DNA from: Candidatus Binatota bacterium
GTDB taxonomy: Bacteria > Desulfobacterota > Binatia > UBA1149 > CAITLU01
Direction of reading: 5' to 3'
NCBI GenBank assembly: GCA_024276575.1
Contig: JAJRWY010000171.1
Span: forward strand, 1,580 to 65,579
Length of the DNA stretch: 64,000 nucleotides
The notes below the pieces were generated by a model. It was not told the DNA's origin, did no database searches, and worked only from the letters and a program-made list of their open reading frames with translations. A program made the translations under genes and the position numbers. Within the stretch, counting starts at the first letter, position 1. The number at the start of each line of letters is the position of its first letter. Positions 10,010 to 19,736 of the stretch are shown piece by piece.

Positions 10010-10492
10010 TCAGTGCCGGCCCTCGATGACTTCTCGCAATTGGCGGCGGAGAAAAGCGCGAAAGCGTAGTGCACTGCCGATATGGCTCACGATGATAATA
10101 AAGGCCCAGGTGAAACCGAGCACCGCCATCACCACCCTCGACACGTTGGCGATATCACCGGAAAGCACCAGCAGCTGGCCGATCGCTACACCTAGCATCG
10201 CGGTCAGAAGCAAGACCGCGCTCAAGAATTGAAGCGTAAATTCGACCCTGAGCTTGCCGCCCATATCAACAACCGTCACCTCGCCAGAGCTAGCGCCGGC
10301 CAGGGGGCTCGAACGCGAGAGAAATGCCACGATGGAAACCTTGAAACGAATACGCCCTCCGCTGTTGGAGATCTCGCTAGCCTGCTCGCGGCGAAGCCCG
10401 TCTTCGATAGCAGCACAGGCTTTCTCGACTTCATAGGCACGGTCGACGAAGGGGATCTCGAAGCTTCCGTCTACGGTAAAAGGTATCGCCAC
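10010..10492 (-). CDS. Hypothetical membrane protein (two C-terminal TM helices)
   Basis: GAGGAG RBS before GTG; hydrophobic helices. Confidence 0.65.
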   Translation of the reverse strand: MAIPFTVDGSFEIPFVDRAYEVEKACAAIEDGLRREQASEISNSGGRIRFKVSIVAFLSRSSPLAGASSGEVTVVDMGGKLRVEFTLQFLSAVLLLTAMLGVAIGQLLVLSGDIANVSRVVMAVLGFTWAFIIIVSHIGSALRFRAFLRRQLREVIEGRH

Positions 10493-10529
10493 CTGAACTC
10501 CTCGAGACTCACCGCATCATACCCCGGCA

Positions 10530-11795
10530 CTAGTCAGTGGCGCGTCCGGCCTGTTCGCGCTGCCTGCGTTTCCTCGCTTTATTGATCTCCCGGGAGACCT
10601 TCAAGCCTCGATGACGCAGCGAGTACCAGACCAGCCTCTTCTTATCCATCTTGAAAAAACAATGCCCGTGTTTCTTCAACACTGAACGATCCACCTCGAA
10701 ACCAAGGCCAGGCGCGGTCGGAGCCTCCAGAGTCCCGTGGTCGTGCATAAAAGGCGTCTCCAGTATCGCGTCGCGCGCGGCCACCGTCCATCCGGGCTCG
10801 GCCAAGGGATACTCGAGTGCTTTCTCCCCGGCAAAACCGCTGGCCAGAAGAGTCTGTAAATTCACAGCGAAACCGATGCCGTTGGTCCATGTGTGAGGAG
10901 TATAGAGAAGCCCGTGTTGCCGGCACAAGCGTGCTACCTCGAGAGTCTGGGCAATGCCGCCGGTAAAGATGGCGTCCGGTTGGAATATGTCGTAACAGCG
11001 CCTCTCGATCATCATCTTGAGTTCGGGCAAGCCTGCGCTGTGGATCTCGCCACCGGAGATAGGGATGCGGCTGTACTCGACCAGAGCACTCAAGTCGTCG
11101 TAACCGTCCATCGGCAACGGCTCTTCCAGCCAGACCAGCCCGGCATCTGCACACGCGTCGGCGAATCGGCGGGCCCGCGCCAAGTCCCACAGCGGGGCGT
11201 CGGCAATGAGAGCCACTCTCCAGGCTTGGTTCGCGTCGACTCCGATCTTCATACGCCCTTGCAGAGCTTTCGCGGTTTCTTCAACGTGGGTTATGTCCAC
11301 CTGCTCTTCGAAGTCGTGCACCCGCAACTTGATCGTGCGGAATCCTTCCTCATAACGAGCCTCGGCTTCCTTGACCCGTGCCGCCACGCTCTTGATCTCG
11401 CCGCAGGACGCGTAAAGCTCTACCTTCTGGGCCTTGCCACCAAGCAACTCATAGACCGGCTTGCCGGCAAGCTTGCCTTTGATGTCCCAGAACGCGGGTT
11501 CCACCCAGTAATTGCTCCAGCCGAGGTAGGACACTTCGCGCAAGCGCTGCTGAATACCTGCTATATCGATGGCATCCTCACCGATGAGATAGGGCCCAAG
11601 AAGCTCGCCGAGGCCCTGGCGCTCGCGGCCCATGGCGGGGCCGGCGCTGTAACCGGTGACGCCGTCTTTCGTGGTCACCTTGATAAGCGTCATGTTGTTC
11701 TCGGTCTGCGGCAACCCCGGAATCCAACTTGGATAAAAGGGCGCGGGCAAAGGAATGGAAACGTGAAACAACTCGATACGGCTGATCGTACTCAT
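10530..11795 (-). CDS. Mandelate racemase/muconate lactonizing enzyme family protein
   Basis: WDIKGKLAGKPVYELLGG, KLR, VDANQ, WLEEP, GGE, QPD, PGLG. Confidence 0.9.
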   Translation of the reverse strand: MSTISRIELFHVSIPLPAPFYPSWIPGLPQTENNMTLIKVTTKDGVTGYSAGPAMGRERQGLGELLGPYLIGEDAIDIAGIQQRLREVSYLGWSNYWVEPAFWDIKGKLAGKPVYELLGGKAQKVELYASCGEIKSVAARVKEAEARYEEGFRTIKLRVHDFEEQVDITHVEETAKALQGRMKIGVDANQAWRVALIADAPLWDLARARRFADACADAGLVWLEEPLPMDGYDDLSALVEYSRIPISGGEIHSAGLPELKMMIERRCYDIFQPDAIFTGGIAQTLEVARLCRQHGLLYTPHTWTNGIGFAVNLQTLLASGFAGEKALEYPLAEPGWTVAARDAILETPFMHDHGTLEAPTAPGLGFEVDRSVLKKHGHCFFKMDKKRLVWYSLRHRGLKVSREINKARKRRQREQAGRATD

Positions 11796-12068
11796 GAAGA
11801 AACTCGAGCAGACTACGAAAGCTCTGGCAAGACCCGCTACTCACCTAGCGTGCCATACCGCGGGCGCTCAAAACGGTCGCCGTTCTGCAAACGCTCAGGA
11901 CACTTGGCGTACTGCGAACGCTCGGGCCGCTTGCCCTGTTCCTAGTCTTCCTTCGCCACGCTCGGGGCGGCCACTGCGGGAGCAGGACAGAGCCGTGCGT
12001 TGCCACTGGCATGCAGCTACTATTGCTGATCGAACGTAGCGGGAATCCATAGCTTGCGAGGTGTACGA

Positions 12069-12836
12069 ATGTCGGTTGATCTGCAAATGAATGGAGACGT
12101 CTTGACCGTGGTTCTTTCACGCCCGGAACGGCGCAATGCGGTCGACCGCGAAACCGCCGAAGCACTGGCCGATGCCTTCCGCACTTTCGAGCGGGACGAA
12201 CAAGCCAAGGTCGCAGTGTTGTTCGGTGCCGGGGGAACTTTCTGTGCAGGCGCCGACTTGAAAGCCGTGGCTGAAGGCCGTGGCAACGCGGTCCGTAGCG
12301 ACGGCGACGGCCCCATGGGTCCAACCCGAATGCAGCTTTCCAAACCGGTGATCGCAGCAGTGGCGGGCTACGCGGTGGCGGGTGGGTTGGAACTCGCGAT
12401 CTGGTGCGACATGCGAGTGGTAGAGCGTTCAGCCCGATTTGGAGTCTTTTGCCGGCGCTGGGGAGTGCCGCTCGTCGATGGCGGTACCGTAAGGCTGCCA
12501 CGCATAGTCGGGCACGGGCGGGCAATGGACATGATCCTCACCGGACGCGAGATCGGTGCCGATGAGGCCTTGGCCATGGGCCTTGCCGACCGTGTGGTCC
12601 CCGACGGCCGCTGCCGGGCGGAAGCGGAAACACTAGCAGCGCAAATAGCGCGTTTCCCGCAGACCTGTATGAAGTCGGACCGCCTGTCGGCCTACCGTCA
12701 ATGGGGCATGAAGCTCGATGAGGCCTTGGCGTCCGAAACGGCATTGGGCCTCGAAGTAATTCGCAGCGGCGAGACCGCCGCCGGTGCCGGGCGCTTCAGT
12801 TCCGGAGCGGGCCGGCACGGAAACTTCGACGATTGA
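12069..12836 (+). CDS. Crotonase/enoyl-CoA hydratase
   Basis: RPERRNAVD, FCAGADL, AVAGGLELA, CRRWGVPLVDGGT. Confidence 0.93.
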   Translation: MSVDLQMNGDVLTVVLSRPERRNAVDRETAEALADAFRTFERDEQAKVAVLFGAGGTFCAGADLKAVAEGRGNAVRSDGDGPMGPTRMQLSKPVIAAVAGYAVAGGLELAIWCDMRVVERSARFGVFCRRWGVPLVDGGTVRLPRIVGHGRAMDMILTGREIGADEALAMGLADRVVPDGRCRAEAETLAAQIARFPQTCMKSDRLSAYRQWGMKLDEALASETALGLEVIRSGETAAGAGRFSSGAGRHGNFDD

Positions 12837-12929
12837 CCTGCACTATACCCAGGTTCCCCACCCAAGGACTGTAAGCACTAGCCGGACCGCGGCCCAAGGC
12901 CCTAGCCCCAATGCCGGAGCACTGGCGGT

Positions 12930-13703
12930 TCAGTCGTCGTCTTGTTCGCTGCCGAAGCTCTCGTGCAACCCGCACTCGCGTTTGAGTCCGAAGAAGCGGG
13001 TTTCTTCCTCGGCCATGCCGTCTACGAGTTTCTGCGAAGTATGCCAGTCGCCGATGGACACGTATCCCTGCTCCCACAAAGGATGGTAGGGCAAGTCGTA
13101 CTTCTCGAGATAGTCGAACACGTCTTTGTCATTCCAATCGACGATGGGGTGGACCTTGAGGTAGCCATCCTGAATTCCCAACACGTTGAGCTTGCGGCGC
13201 GTCGAAGACTGTGAACGTCTCAGCCCGACTATCCATCCGCGCGCGTCGAGATCGTTCAAAGCACGCTGCATCGGCAACACTTTGTTCATACGGTTGTACT
13301 TGTTGATTCCGTCCAGTCCTTTCTCCCACAACCTGCCATGGCGGGCTTCCTGCCAAGCCGCACATATGTCCGGCCGGTAGACTTTCAAGTTGAGCTTCAA
13401 ACGATCGACTAGGTAATCGATGAAACGGTAGGTCTCGGGGAACAGATAGCCGGTATCGGTAAGCACTACCGGGATATCCGGCCACTGCTGGGTGACCAGA
13501 TTCAAACAGACCGAAGCCTGCGCCCCGAAGCTCGACGACAAGATTATCTTCGGACAAAACTGTTCCAAAGCCCAGGCGACCCGCTCTTCGGCTCCGGCCT
13601 TCTCCAGAATCGGGTTGACTTCATCGATGTCGATCGAGTCGACTTCGGCAACTACCTCTCGCCGGGCATCGGGCCTTGGAACCAATTTCGACGTCTTAGT
13701 CAC
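12930..13703 (-). CDS. cysH: PAPS reductase
   Basis: [30 protein letters not shown]-terminal ECGLH; lacks the CC/CxxC pair of APS reductases. Confidence 0.93.
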   Translation of the reverse strand: MTKTSKLVPRPDARREVVAEVDSIDIDEVNPILEKAGAEERVAWALEQFCPKIILSSSFGAQASVCLNLVTQQWPDIPVVLTDTGYLFPETYRFIDYLVDRLKLNLKVYRPDICAAWQEARHGRLWEKGLDGINKYNRMNKVLPMQRALNDLDARGWIVGLRRSQSSTRRKLNVLGIQDGYLKVHPIVDWNDKDVFDYLEKYDLPYHPLWEQGYVSIGDWHTSQKLVDGMAEEETRFFGLKRECGLHESFGSEQDDD

Positions 13704-13714
13704 AATGCTTCAGC

Positions 13715-14116
13715 TTAAGCTGACCGTAGAGCCGCTTCAATCTCGGGAAGTGGCACCAGGGCAGAGTCTGGACTTATCCCTTCGCACTCCGCAGCGGCCG
13801 CTTCCCATGTATCGGGAGACTCCAGATTATTTGGCCACCAAGGATAGGAGCGGCATTGCCGGGGACGTTGCCGGTATATGCGGCATTTCTTGCCCTCCAG
13901 AAATACGCATTCTTGATCGTACGGCTTGTCTAGTAGCGCGTAACGCCGGCCCACACGCCGTAAGAAACGCCGGCCGAAATCCTGTAAGTCGAGATCCAGT
14001 TCTGCGGCGATCCGCCTAGCCTCCGCCGCTTCCACCCAAACATAGGCGCTACTCCCAGTGCAGCACTTGCCACACTCAGTACAAGCAAAACGCAAACCGT
14101 CCCGGTACCAAGGCAT
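13715..14116 (-). CDS. YkgJ/UPF0153 cysteine-cluster protein
   Basis: FACTECGKCC, CVFL, CRIYRQRPRQCRSYPWW. Confidence 0.9.
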   Translation of the reverse strand: MPWYRDGLRFACTECGKCCTGSSAYVWVEAAEARRIAAELDLDLQDFGRRFLRRVGRRYALLDKPYDQECVFLEGKKCRIYRQRPRQCRSYPWWPNNLESPDTWEAAAAECEGISPDSALVPLPEIEAALRSA

Positions 14117-14160
14117 ATACCCGGAGGTCGTGATTCGAACAGGATCTCCCAATACCGGTA

Positions 14161-15195
14161 TTACTCGAACGCCCTGCTCAAAGCCGCGACGGTATCGTCA
14201 AAGGCCTCCGCGGCCGTGTGGACCAGTGAGGACAGCGCCAGAAAGCCGTGAATGAGACCGGGATAGTCACGGTAGAACACTTCGACGCCCGCTTCGAGAA
14301 GGCGCTCGGCATAAGCCTTGCCCTCGTCGTGCAACGGATCGTAACCTGCTGTCGCCACATAGGCCGGAGGCAATCCGCTCAGATCTTCGGCAAGTAGCGG
14401 TGATACTAAAGGATCGCGGCTTTGCGCCTCATCCACGAGATAGTGCCCACGAAACCAACGCATCATGTCTCTGCTCAGGAAGAACCCGTCGGCAAAGAGT
14501 TCGTAGGACGGCGCTTCCGCCGACAAGTCGGTAACCGGATAGAGCAACAGCTGGAAGCAAGGCCGCGGAACTTCCCGGGCAACCGACAATGCGGCTACGA
14601 CGGTTGCCAAGTTTCCGCCCGCGCTGTCTCCACCCACCGCGACCCGAGCCAAGTCTCCGCCGAGTTGCAGGACGTTGCCTCTGACCCAACGATAGGCCGC
14701 GAAAGCATCTTCCAAAGGAGCCGGGAACTTGTGCTCGGGCGCAAGCCGGTAATCCACTGCAACCACTACACAACGGGCAGCAGCGGCAAGGTTACGCAAG
14801 GTCGTGTCATGGGTCTCGAAGCCGCCGAGCACCCAGCCACCGCCGTGATAGTAGACCAACACCGGCAAAGGCCGGCTCTCGCGCACCGGGGTGTACACGC
14901 GAATGGGCACTGCCCCCAAAGGGCCTGGAACGCTCAAGTCTTCGATCTTCGCCATCGTCGCGGCGGAGCCGGCGACAATGCGTGACCAGCGCTCGAGGTC
15001 CTCGCGGGCCTCGGGTGGGTGCGGATTCCCCGCACGCTCCATGCCGCTCAGTTCCAGGAAACGCAACAGAAGATGCACCTGCAAGTCCAGAGCTTCACTG
15101 CCGCGCTCTTCCGCCGTCCCCGCCAGTAGCGGGATCAGAGGACGGGGCGTCCATAACAAAGTTCCCAATATCCTCCCGGTCAGCCAATCCAACAT
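14161..15195 (-). CDS. HSL-family lipase/esterase
   Basis: YYHGGGW, DYRLAPEH, GDSAGG, DPLHDEG, HGF. Confidence 0.93.
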   Translation of the reverse strand: MLDWLTGRILGTLLWTPRPLIPLLAGTAEERGSEALDLQVHLLLRFLELSGMERAGNPHPPEAREDLERWSRIVAGSAATMAKIEDLSVPGPLGAVPIRVYTPVRESRPLPVLVYYHGGGWVLGGFETHDTTLRNLAAAARCVVVAVDYRLAPEHKFPAPLEDAFAAYRWVRGNVLQLGGDLARVAVGGDSAGGNLATVVAALSVAREVPRPCFQLLLYPVTDLSAEAPSYELFADGFFLSRDMMRWFRGHYLVDEAQSRDPLVSPLLAEDLSGLPPAYVATAGYDPLHDEGKAYAERLLEAGVEVFYRDYPGLIHGFLALSSLVHTAAEAFDDTVAALSRAFE

Positions 15196-15261
15196 CAGCG
15201 TAATCCAACCTCCACCCGTCTATTTATCCGGGGCCGGAAACCAACCATCAAACTATCCCGG

Positions 15262-15906
15262 TCAGAAGGGCCATAACCATCCCAAGAAACCCCCGCGCGC
15301 CAGACTGCTCTCGCAGCCGGCAAGTTGGCGCCGGTAGCGCCCGGCGCGCCGTGCAACCTTGCGCGCGGTATTGACCAGCCAGGCCTTGTTCCGGTAAGTG
15401 CCGCGCCGGAATCCTCCCGGACCTTCATGATACGCGAGATACAAAGAGTAGGCATCAGCTTTGGATATGCCGGCAAGTCTCGAGCTACGGGCACAGTACC
15501 AGGCTACGAAATCAACGGCATCGCCGAAGTCATCGCGGTCCGCACCCGAATTGCCGCTGTCGCGCCGGTACTCGTCCCATGTCGTATCCAAGGCTTGAGC
15601 ATAACCGAAGGCACTCGAGGGGCGGCGGCCGGGGAATATCCACAAGAACTTGCCTCGCGGCGGCTTCGCACGCGAGCGAAAACGGGATTCCTGATGAATG
15701 ATCGCCAATTGCACCGATACCGGCACGCCCCAACGCCGGTAGGCACGGCGCGATTGTTTATACCAGGAGGATTTCTCCCGAAAGATGCTGCAGGCATCGT
15801 CGACGTCGTGCGGTACAGTCGTCGAACATGCGAGCACCGTCTAAAGTAGCGCCGCGCTAACTACAACCCTGGAAACAACCCTCGGTCCACTTCTCTTCCA
15901 TCCCAC
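15262..15906 (-). CDS. SLT/lytic-transglycosylase-like lipoprotein with an in-frame TAG (15841-15843) in its signal peptide
   Basis: IIHQESRF, SSAFGYAQA, LYLAYHEG; reading upstream through the TAG gives GTG(15906)-GWKRSGPRVVSRVVVSAALL*TVLAC with a GGAGAG RBS and a lipobox. Confidence 0.8.
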
Positions 15907-16044
15907 GACTCTCCATGTTACGTGGTCGCAGGAGCAGGTTCGACACCATGGATGTCAAAGTTTCCTAACCCCGGCCCCGTGCTAAGATGGTGTGGTTGCA
16001 GATCCCCTTGATGCGCTCGCCATGAAGCCGATGAAGACTAGCCG

Positions 16045-16596
16045 ATGAAAACTCCGGAACCGCACGCAACTCCGCGATTCTACCTGTTTTTGTTGGTAAC
16101 CATCCTCTATATGGTGGGCTTTGCCCTGGCTGACGCTCTTCTCGATGCGCCCAAGTCTCTGTTCAGCCTACATTCCCTTGTCGAAGTCGGACTGATACTG
16201 ATCGGCGCCGGCCTGGCCGGCTATTTGTGGCTGGGCTGGCTCAACGCTCAACGCTCCGTAGTACGGATCGAGAAAATGCTGGACGAGCAGCGAGAAGAGC
16301 GCGATCGGTGGCGGCAGCGGGCGCAACTACTGCTAAACGGACTCGGCGAAGAAATCGACATGCAGATGCGCCGCTGGAAGCTGACCAGAAGCGAAAGCGA
16401 GGTAGCTCTACTGCTGATCAAGGGCTACAGCCACCAACAAATCGCCGGTCTGTTGGGCAAGAGCGAGCGGACCGTGCGCCAGCACGGCGGATCCGTATAC
16501 AAAAAGTCCAGCCTCTCCGGCCGGGCGGAACTGGCGGCCTTCTTCCTCGAGGATCTACTGCTTCCGCGCCCGGAAAACGGCACAGCGGCTGAATAG
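16045..16596 (+). CDS. Membrane-anchored LuxR-type HTH regulator
   Basis: Two N-terminal TM helices; LTRSESEVALLLIKGYSHQQIA...SERTVRQH..VYKK. Confidence 0.88.
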   Translation: MKTPEPHATPRFYLFLLVTILYMVGFALADALLDAPKSLFSLHSLVEVGLILIGAGLAGYLWLGWLNAQRSVVRIEKMLDEQREERDRWRQRAQLLLNGLGEEIDMQMRRWKLTRSESEVALLLIKGYSHQQIAGLLGKSERTVRQHGGSVYKKSSLSGRAELAAFFLEDLLLPRPENGTAAE

Positions 16597-16731
16597 CGAG
16601 GGTTCGCGGACGGCGAAGAAACGATCCTCAGTACGCCTGAACCGGACGGCCAAGCATCCCCATCCCCCGGTGGCTTGGAGGCGAAAGCGGTGGCAAGACA
16701 CCCGGTCGGCCATACCGAGGCCCGGCGATGA

Positions 16732-18210
16732 TCAACCGGCGAAAAAGATCAAGCTGCGCCTGGCGATATCGGCAACGGGAACCCAATAAATTCCGAAGGC
16801 CTAGGTGGCGAAAGCCAGAAGCCCCGCAAGCGTAGCGTTGTGCCGGTCGAGGGCCATCTCGGGATCGCCGGGCTGCGGTGTATCCATGTACATGGTGCGG
16901 GCCACGCGAGCGTAGTAGTAAAGGCCGACCACCGAATTCGCTGCCGCGACCAACGCATAAAACCACATCTGCTTCTCGATGATTGCAGCGAACAGGTACA
17001 TCTTGCCGATGAAACCGGCAAACGGCGGCAACCCGGCCAGTGAAAACAAGAAGATCGCCATCGCCGCAGCCGGCAAAGCTCCGCCACGCCAAGCCAAGCC
17101 ACGAAACCCGTCGAGTTCTTCGCTGCCCGAGTTGTTGAGAACCATCAACAACACGACGAAAGCACCGAGGGTCATTAGGTAGTATACCGCCAGATAAAAC
17201 AGCATGGCCGCCAACCCGTTATCGCTCAGCACTACGAAACCCATCAGCAAGTAGCCGGCGTGCGCGATCGACGAGTAGGCAAGCAGACGCTTGACGTTGG
17301 TCTGCCTCAAGGCGGCGAAATTGCCGAGAGTCATGGTGACCATGGAGATCACGGTCAGCAGCGCCGGCCAGTCGACTCCCGCCGCGGCAATCCAGGCTCC
17401 CGCCCCGTCGCTTTGCGAGATGCCCGGATAGAACAAGCGTATGAGCATGGCGAAGCCCGCGGCCTTCGATCCCACCGCCAGGTAGGCCGTTATCGGCAGG
17501 GGAGCGCCCTCGTATACGTCGGGGCTCCACATATGCATCGGCACCATCGCAATCTTGTAGCCGAGCCCGACCAGTACCATCAGCAGCGCCACGAACACGA
17601 CCGGCCCGCTATCCCCACCGCTGAGACTCGCGCCGATTGCGGAGTAGTCCAGCGATCCGCTCAAACCGAACAGCAGGCTCATACCGTAGAGCATCACACC
17701 GGAGGCCACTCCACCGTAGATGAGATACTTCAGTGCAGCTTCGCTGGAGCGGGAGTTGCGGCGCAAGAATCCGCAGAGGATGTAGGAAGTTTGGCTGACG
17801 AACTCGAAGGCCAGATAGGCCATCAACAAATTGGTCGCCTAGGCCATGTAGAACATGCCTACGGTGCAGGCTAACAGCAACGCGTAATACTCGCCGGGAT
17901 GCTGGCCTTCCAGCTCTCGCGATCCCATGGTCATCCAGATCGTTCCGGCAGCGGCAAAGCAGAACAGGATCTTGAAAAAAGCGGCGAACGCGTCTAGCGC
18001 CACCATTCCGCCGAAGAGGCTCCCGTGATAGCCGGCCAATGAAGAAGACCCCACGAACAAGGATGCGATCACCACGATCCATAAAGCCATGTCGCCCAGG
18101 ATACGCTTGCTCGGCAACAGCAACTCGGCCATCAGCAACCCGACTACTCCGGCAGCTAGAGTAAACTCCGGATAAGAGTAGGCGAGGCTTTCAATGTTGC
18201 CCAGAGTCAT
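16732..18210 (-). CDS. nuoN: NADH-quinone oxidoreductase subunit N (operon 1), 492 codons with two in-frame TAGs (17839-17841, 16801-16803)
   Basis: One continuous frame: ...GMFYMA*ATNLLMAYLAFE...WSPDVYEGAP...KRLLAYSSIAH...LAFAT*AFGIYWVPVADIARRSLIFFAG-TGA. Confidence 0.88.
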
Positions 18211-18219
18211 TCGCGTAAC

Positions 18220-19719
18220 CTAGTGAAGCAGTTGGGCCGAGACGACAACCGCGTCGGCCACCGTTCGATTCAATGCAAGCAAAGTAGGGTCGATCAGATC
18301 GAGAACGGCGTGCGGGTGGATGCCGAGCACCAGTACGATCACCGCCAGCGGAAGCAACGTGACCAACTCCCTGGCCGAAAGGTCCGGCATGTTGGCATAC
18401 TTCTCGTTTACCGGACCCAGCCACACCCGTTGCAGCATCCACAGCATGTAGCCTGCGGTAAGCACTACTGCCGAAGCAGCCACTATGGTGAGTGCCTGGT
18501 TGTATTGCCATGCCCCGAGCAGAACCAGGACCTCGGAGATGAACGCCGACAAACCGGGAAGCCCCAAGGCGGCGAAAAAAGCCACCGTCATCAAACCCGT
18601 ATACACCGGCATCACCGATGCAAGGCCGCCGAAACCGTTGATGTCACGGTGGTGGGCCCGGTCGTAGACCACCCCGACAATCAAGAACAGCATCGCGGTG
18701 ACAGTGCCGTGGTTGAACATCTGTAAAACCGCCCCATTGATCCCCTGCGAAGTCAGCGTCGCCATGCCGAGCATGACGTATCCCATGTGTGAGATACTCG
18801 AGTAGGCGACCAGTTTCTTCATGTCCTGCTGCGCCATCGCACAGAGGGCACCGTAGACGATATTCCAGGTCCCCAGCACCGCTAGGCACCAGAACGCGAA
18901 CTGCTGCGTCGCTACCGGAAAGATCGGATAACAGATTCGAAGGATTCCGTAGGTGCCCATCTTCAACAAAACCCCGGCCAGGATTACCGAGATCGCAGTC
19001 GGCGCTTCTACATGGGCGTCGGGCAGCCAGGTATGAAAGGGAAAGGCCGGAATCTTGATCGCAAAACCTACGAACAAAGCCAGCCAGGCCCAGGCTTGAA
19101 AACTACGCGCGTAAGTGGGCGCACGCTCCATCAACACGAGCATGTCGAAAGTCCGCGGCTCACCGTGGAAATACAGGGCCAGCATCGCGATCAACATCAA
19201 CACTGAACCGACCAGCGTATACAGGAAGAACTTTATCGCCGCATACTCACGCCGCGGGCCTCCCCAGATACCGATCAAGAAATACATGGGAAGCAGCATT
19301 ACTTCCCAGAAAATGTAGAAGAGGAAGAAGTCGAGCGCGCAGAATACGCCCATCATGCCGGTTTCGAGAAGCAGAAACAGCATGAAATAACCTTTCACGC
19401 CTTTCTCGATGTTCCACGAAGCCAGGATGCAGATCGGACAGAGTAGCGCGGTCAGCAGCACCATGGTCACGGAGAGGCCGTCTATGCCCATGATGTACTG
19501 AATATTATAGGTCTCGATCCATGTGTGGCGCTCGACGTACTGCATTCCGGTAATCGAGCCGTCGAAGTCTCCGTACAACCAGATACCGAGCAATAACGGC
19601 ACCAAGGTGAAAGCCAAGGCCGTCCAGCGAATCACTTCGTGTTTGTCGCGCGGCATGACCATGACGGCCAGCATCCCGGCCAGGGGAACGAAGGTCATGT
19701 AAGAAAGAACGTTTTCCAT
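18220..19719 (-). CDS. nuoM: NADH-quinone oxidoreductase subunit M (operon 1)
   Basis: FWEVMLLPMY, HTWLPDAHVEAP, LLKMGTYG, KKLVAYSS. Confidence 0.95.
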   Translation of the reverse strand: MENVLSYMTFVPLAGMLAVMVMPRDKHEVIRWTALAFTLVPLLLGIWLYGDFDGSITGMQYVERHTWIETYNIQYIMGIDGLSVTMVLLTALLCPICILASWNIEKGVKGYFMLFLLLETGMMGVFCALDFFLFYIFWEVMLLPMYFLIGIWGGPRREYAAIKFFLYTLVGSVLMLIAMLALYFHGEPRTFDMLVLMERAPTYARSFQAWAWLALFVGFAIKIPAFPFHTWLPDAHVEAPTAISVILAGVLLKMGTYGILRICYPIFPVATQQFAFWCLAVLGTWNIVYGALCAMAQQDMKKLVAYSSISHMGYVMLGMATLTSQGINGAVLQMFNHGTVTAMLFLIVGVVYDRAHHRDINGFGGLASVMPVYTGLMTVAFFAALGLPGLSAFISEVLVLLGAWQYNQALTIVAASAVVLTAGYMLWMLQRVWLGPVNEKYANMPDLSARELVTLLPLAVIVLVLGIHPHAVLDLIDPTLLALNRTVADAVVVSAQLLH

Positions 19720-19736
19720 TCATCTAGCTCCGCGGC

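Noticed and set aside
11960-12050. GCCACTG and GGGAAT motifs as a cobalamin riboswitch
   Set aside because: Motifs are in the wrong order, lack the core stems, and lie upstream of a crotonase.
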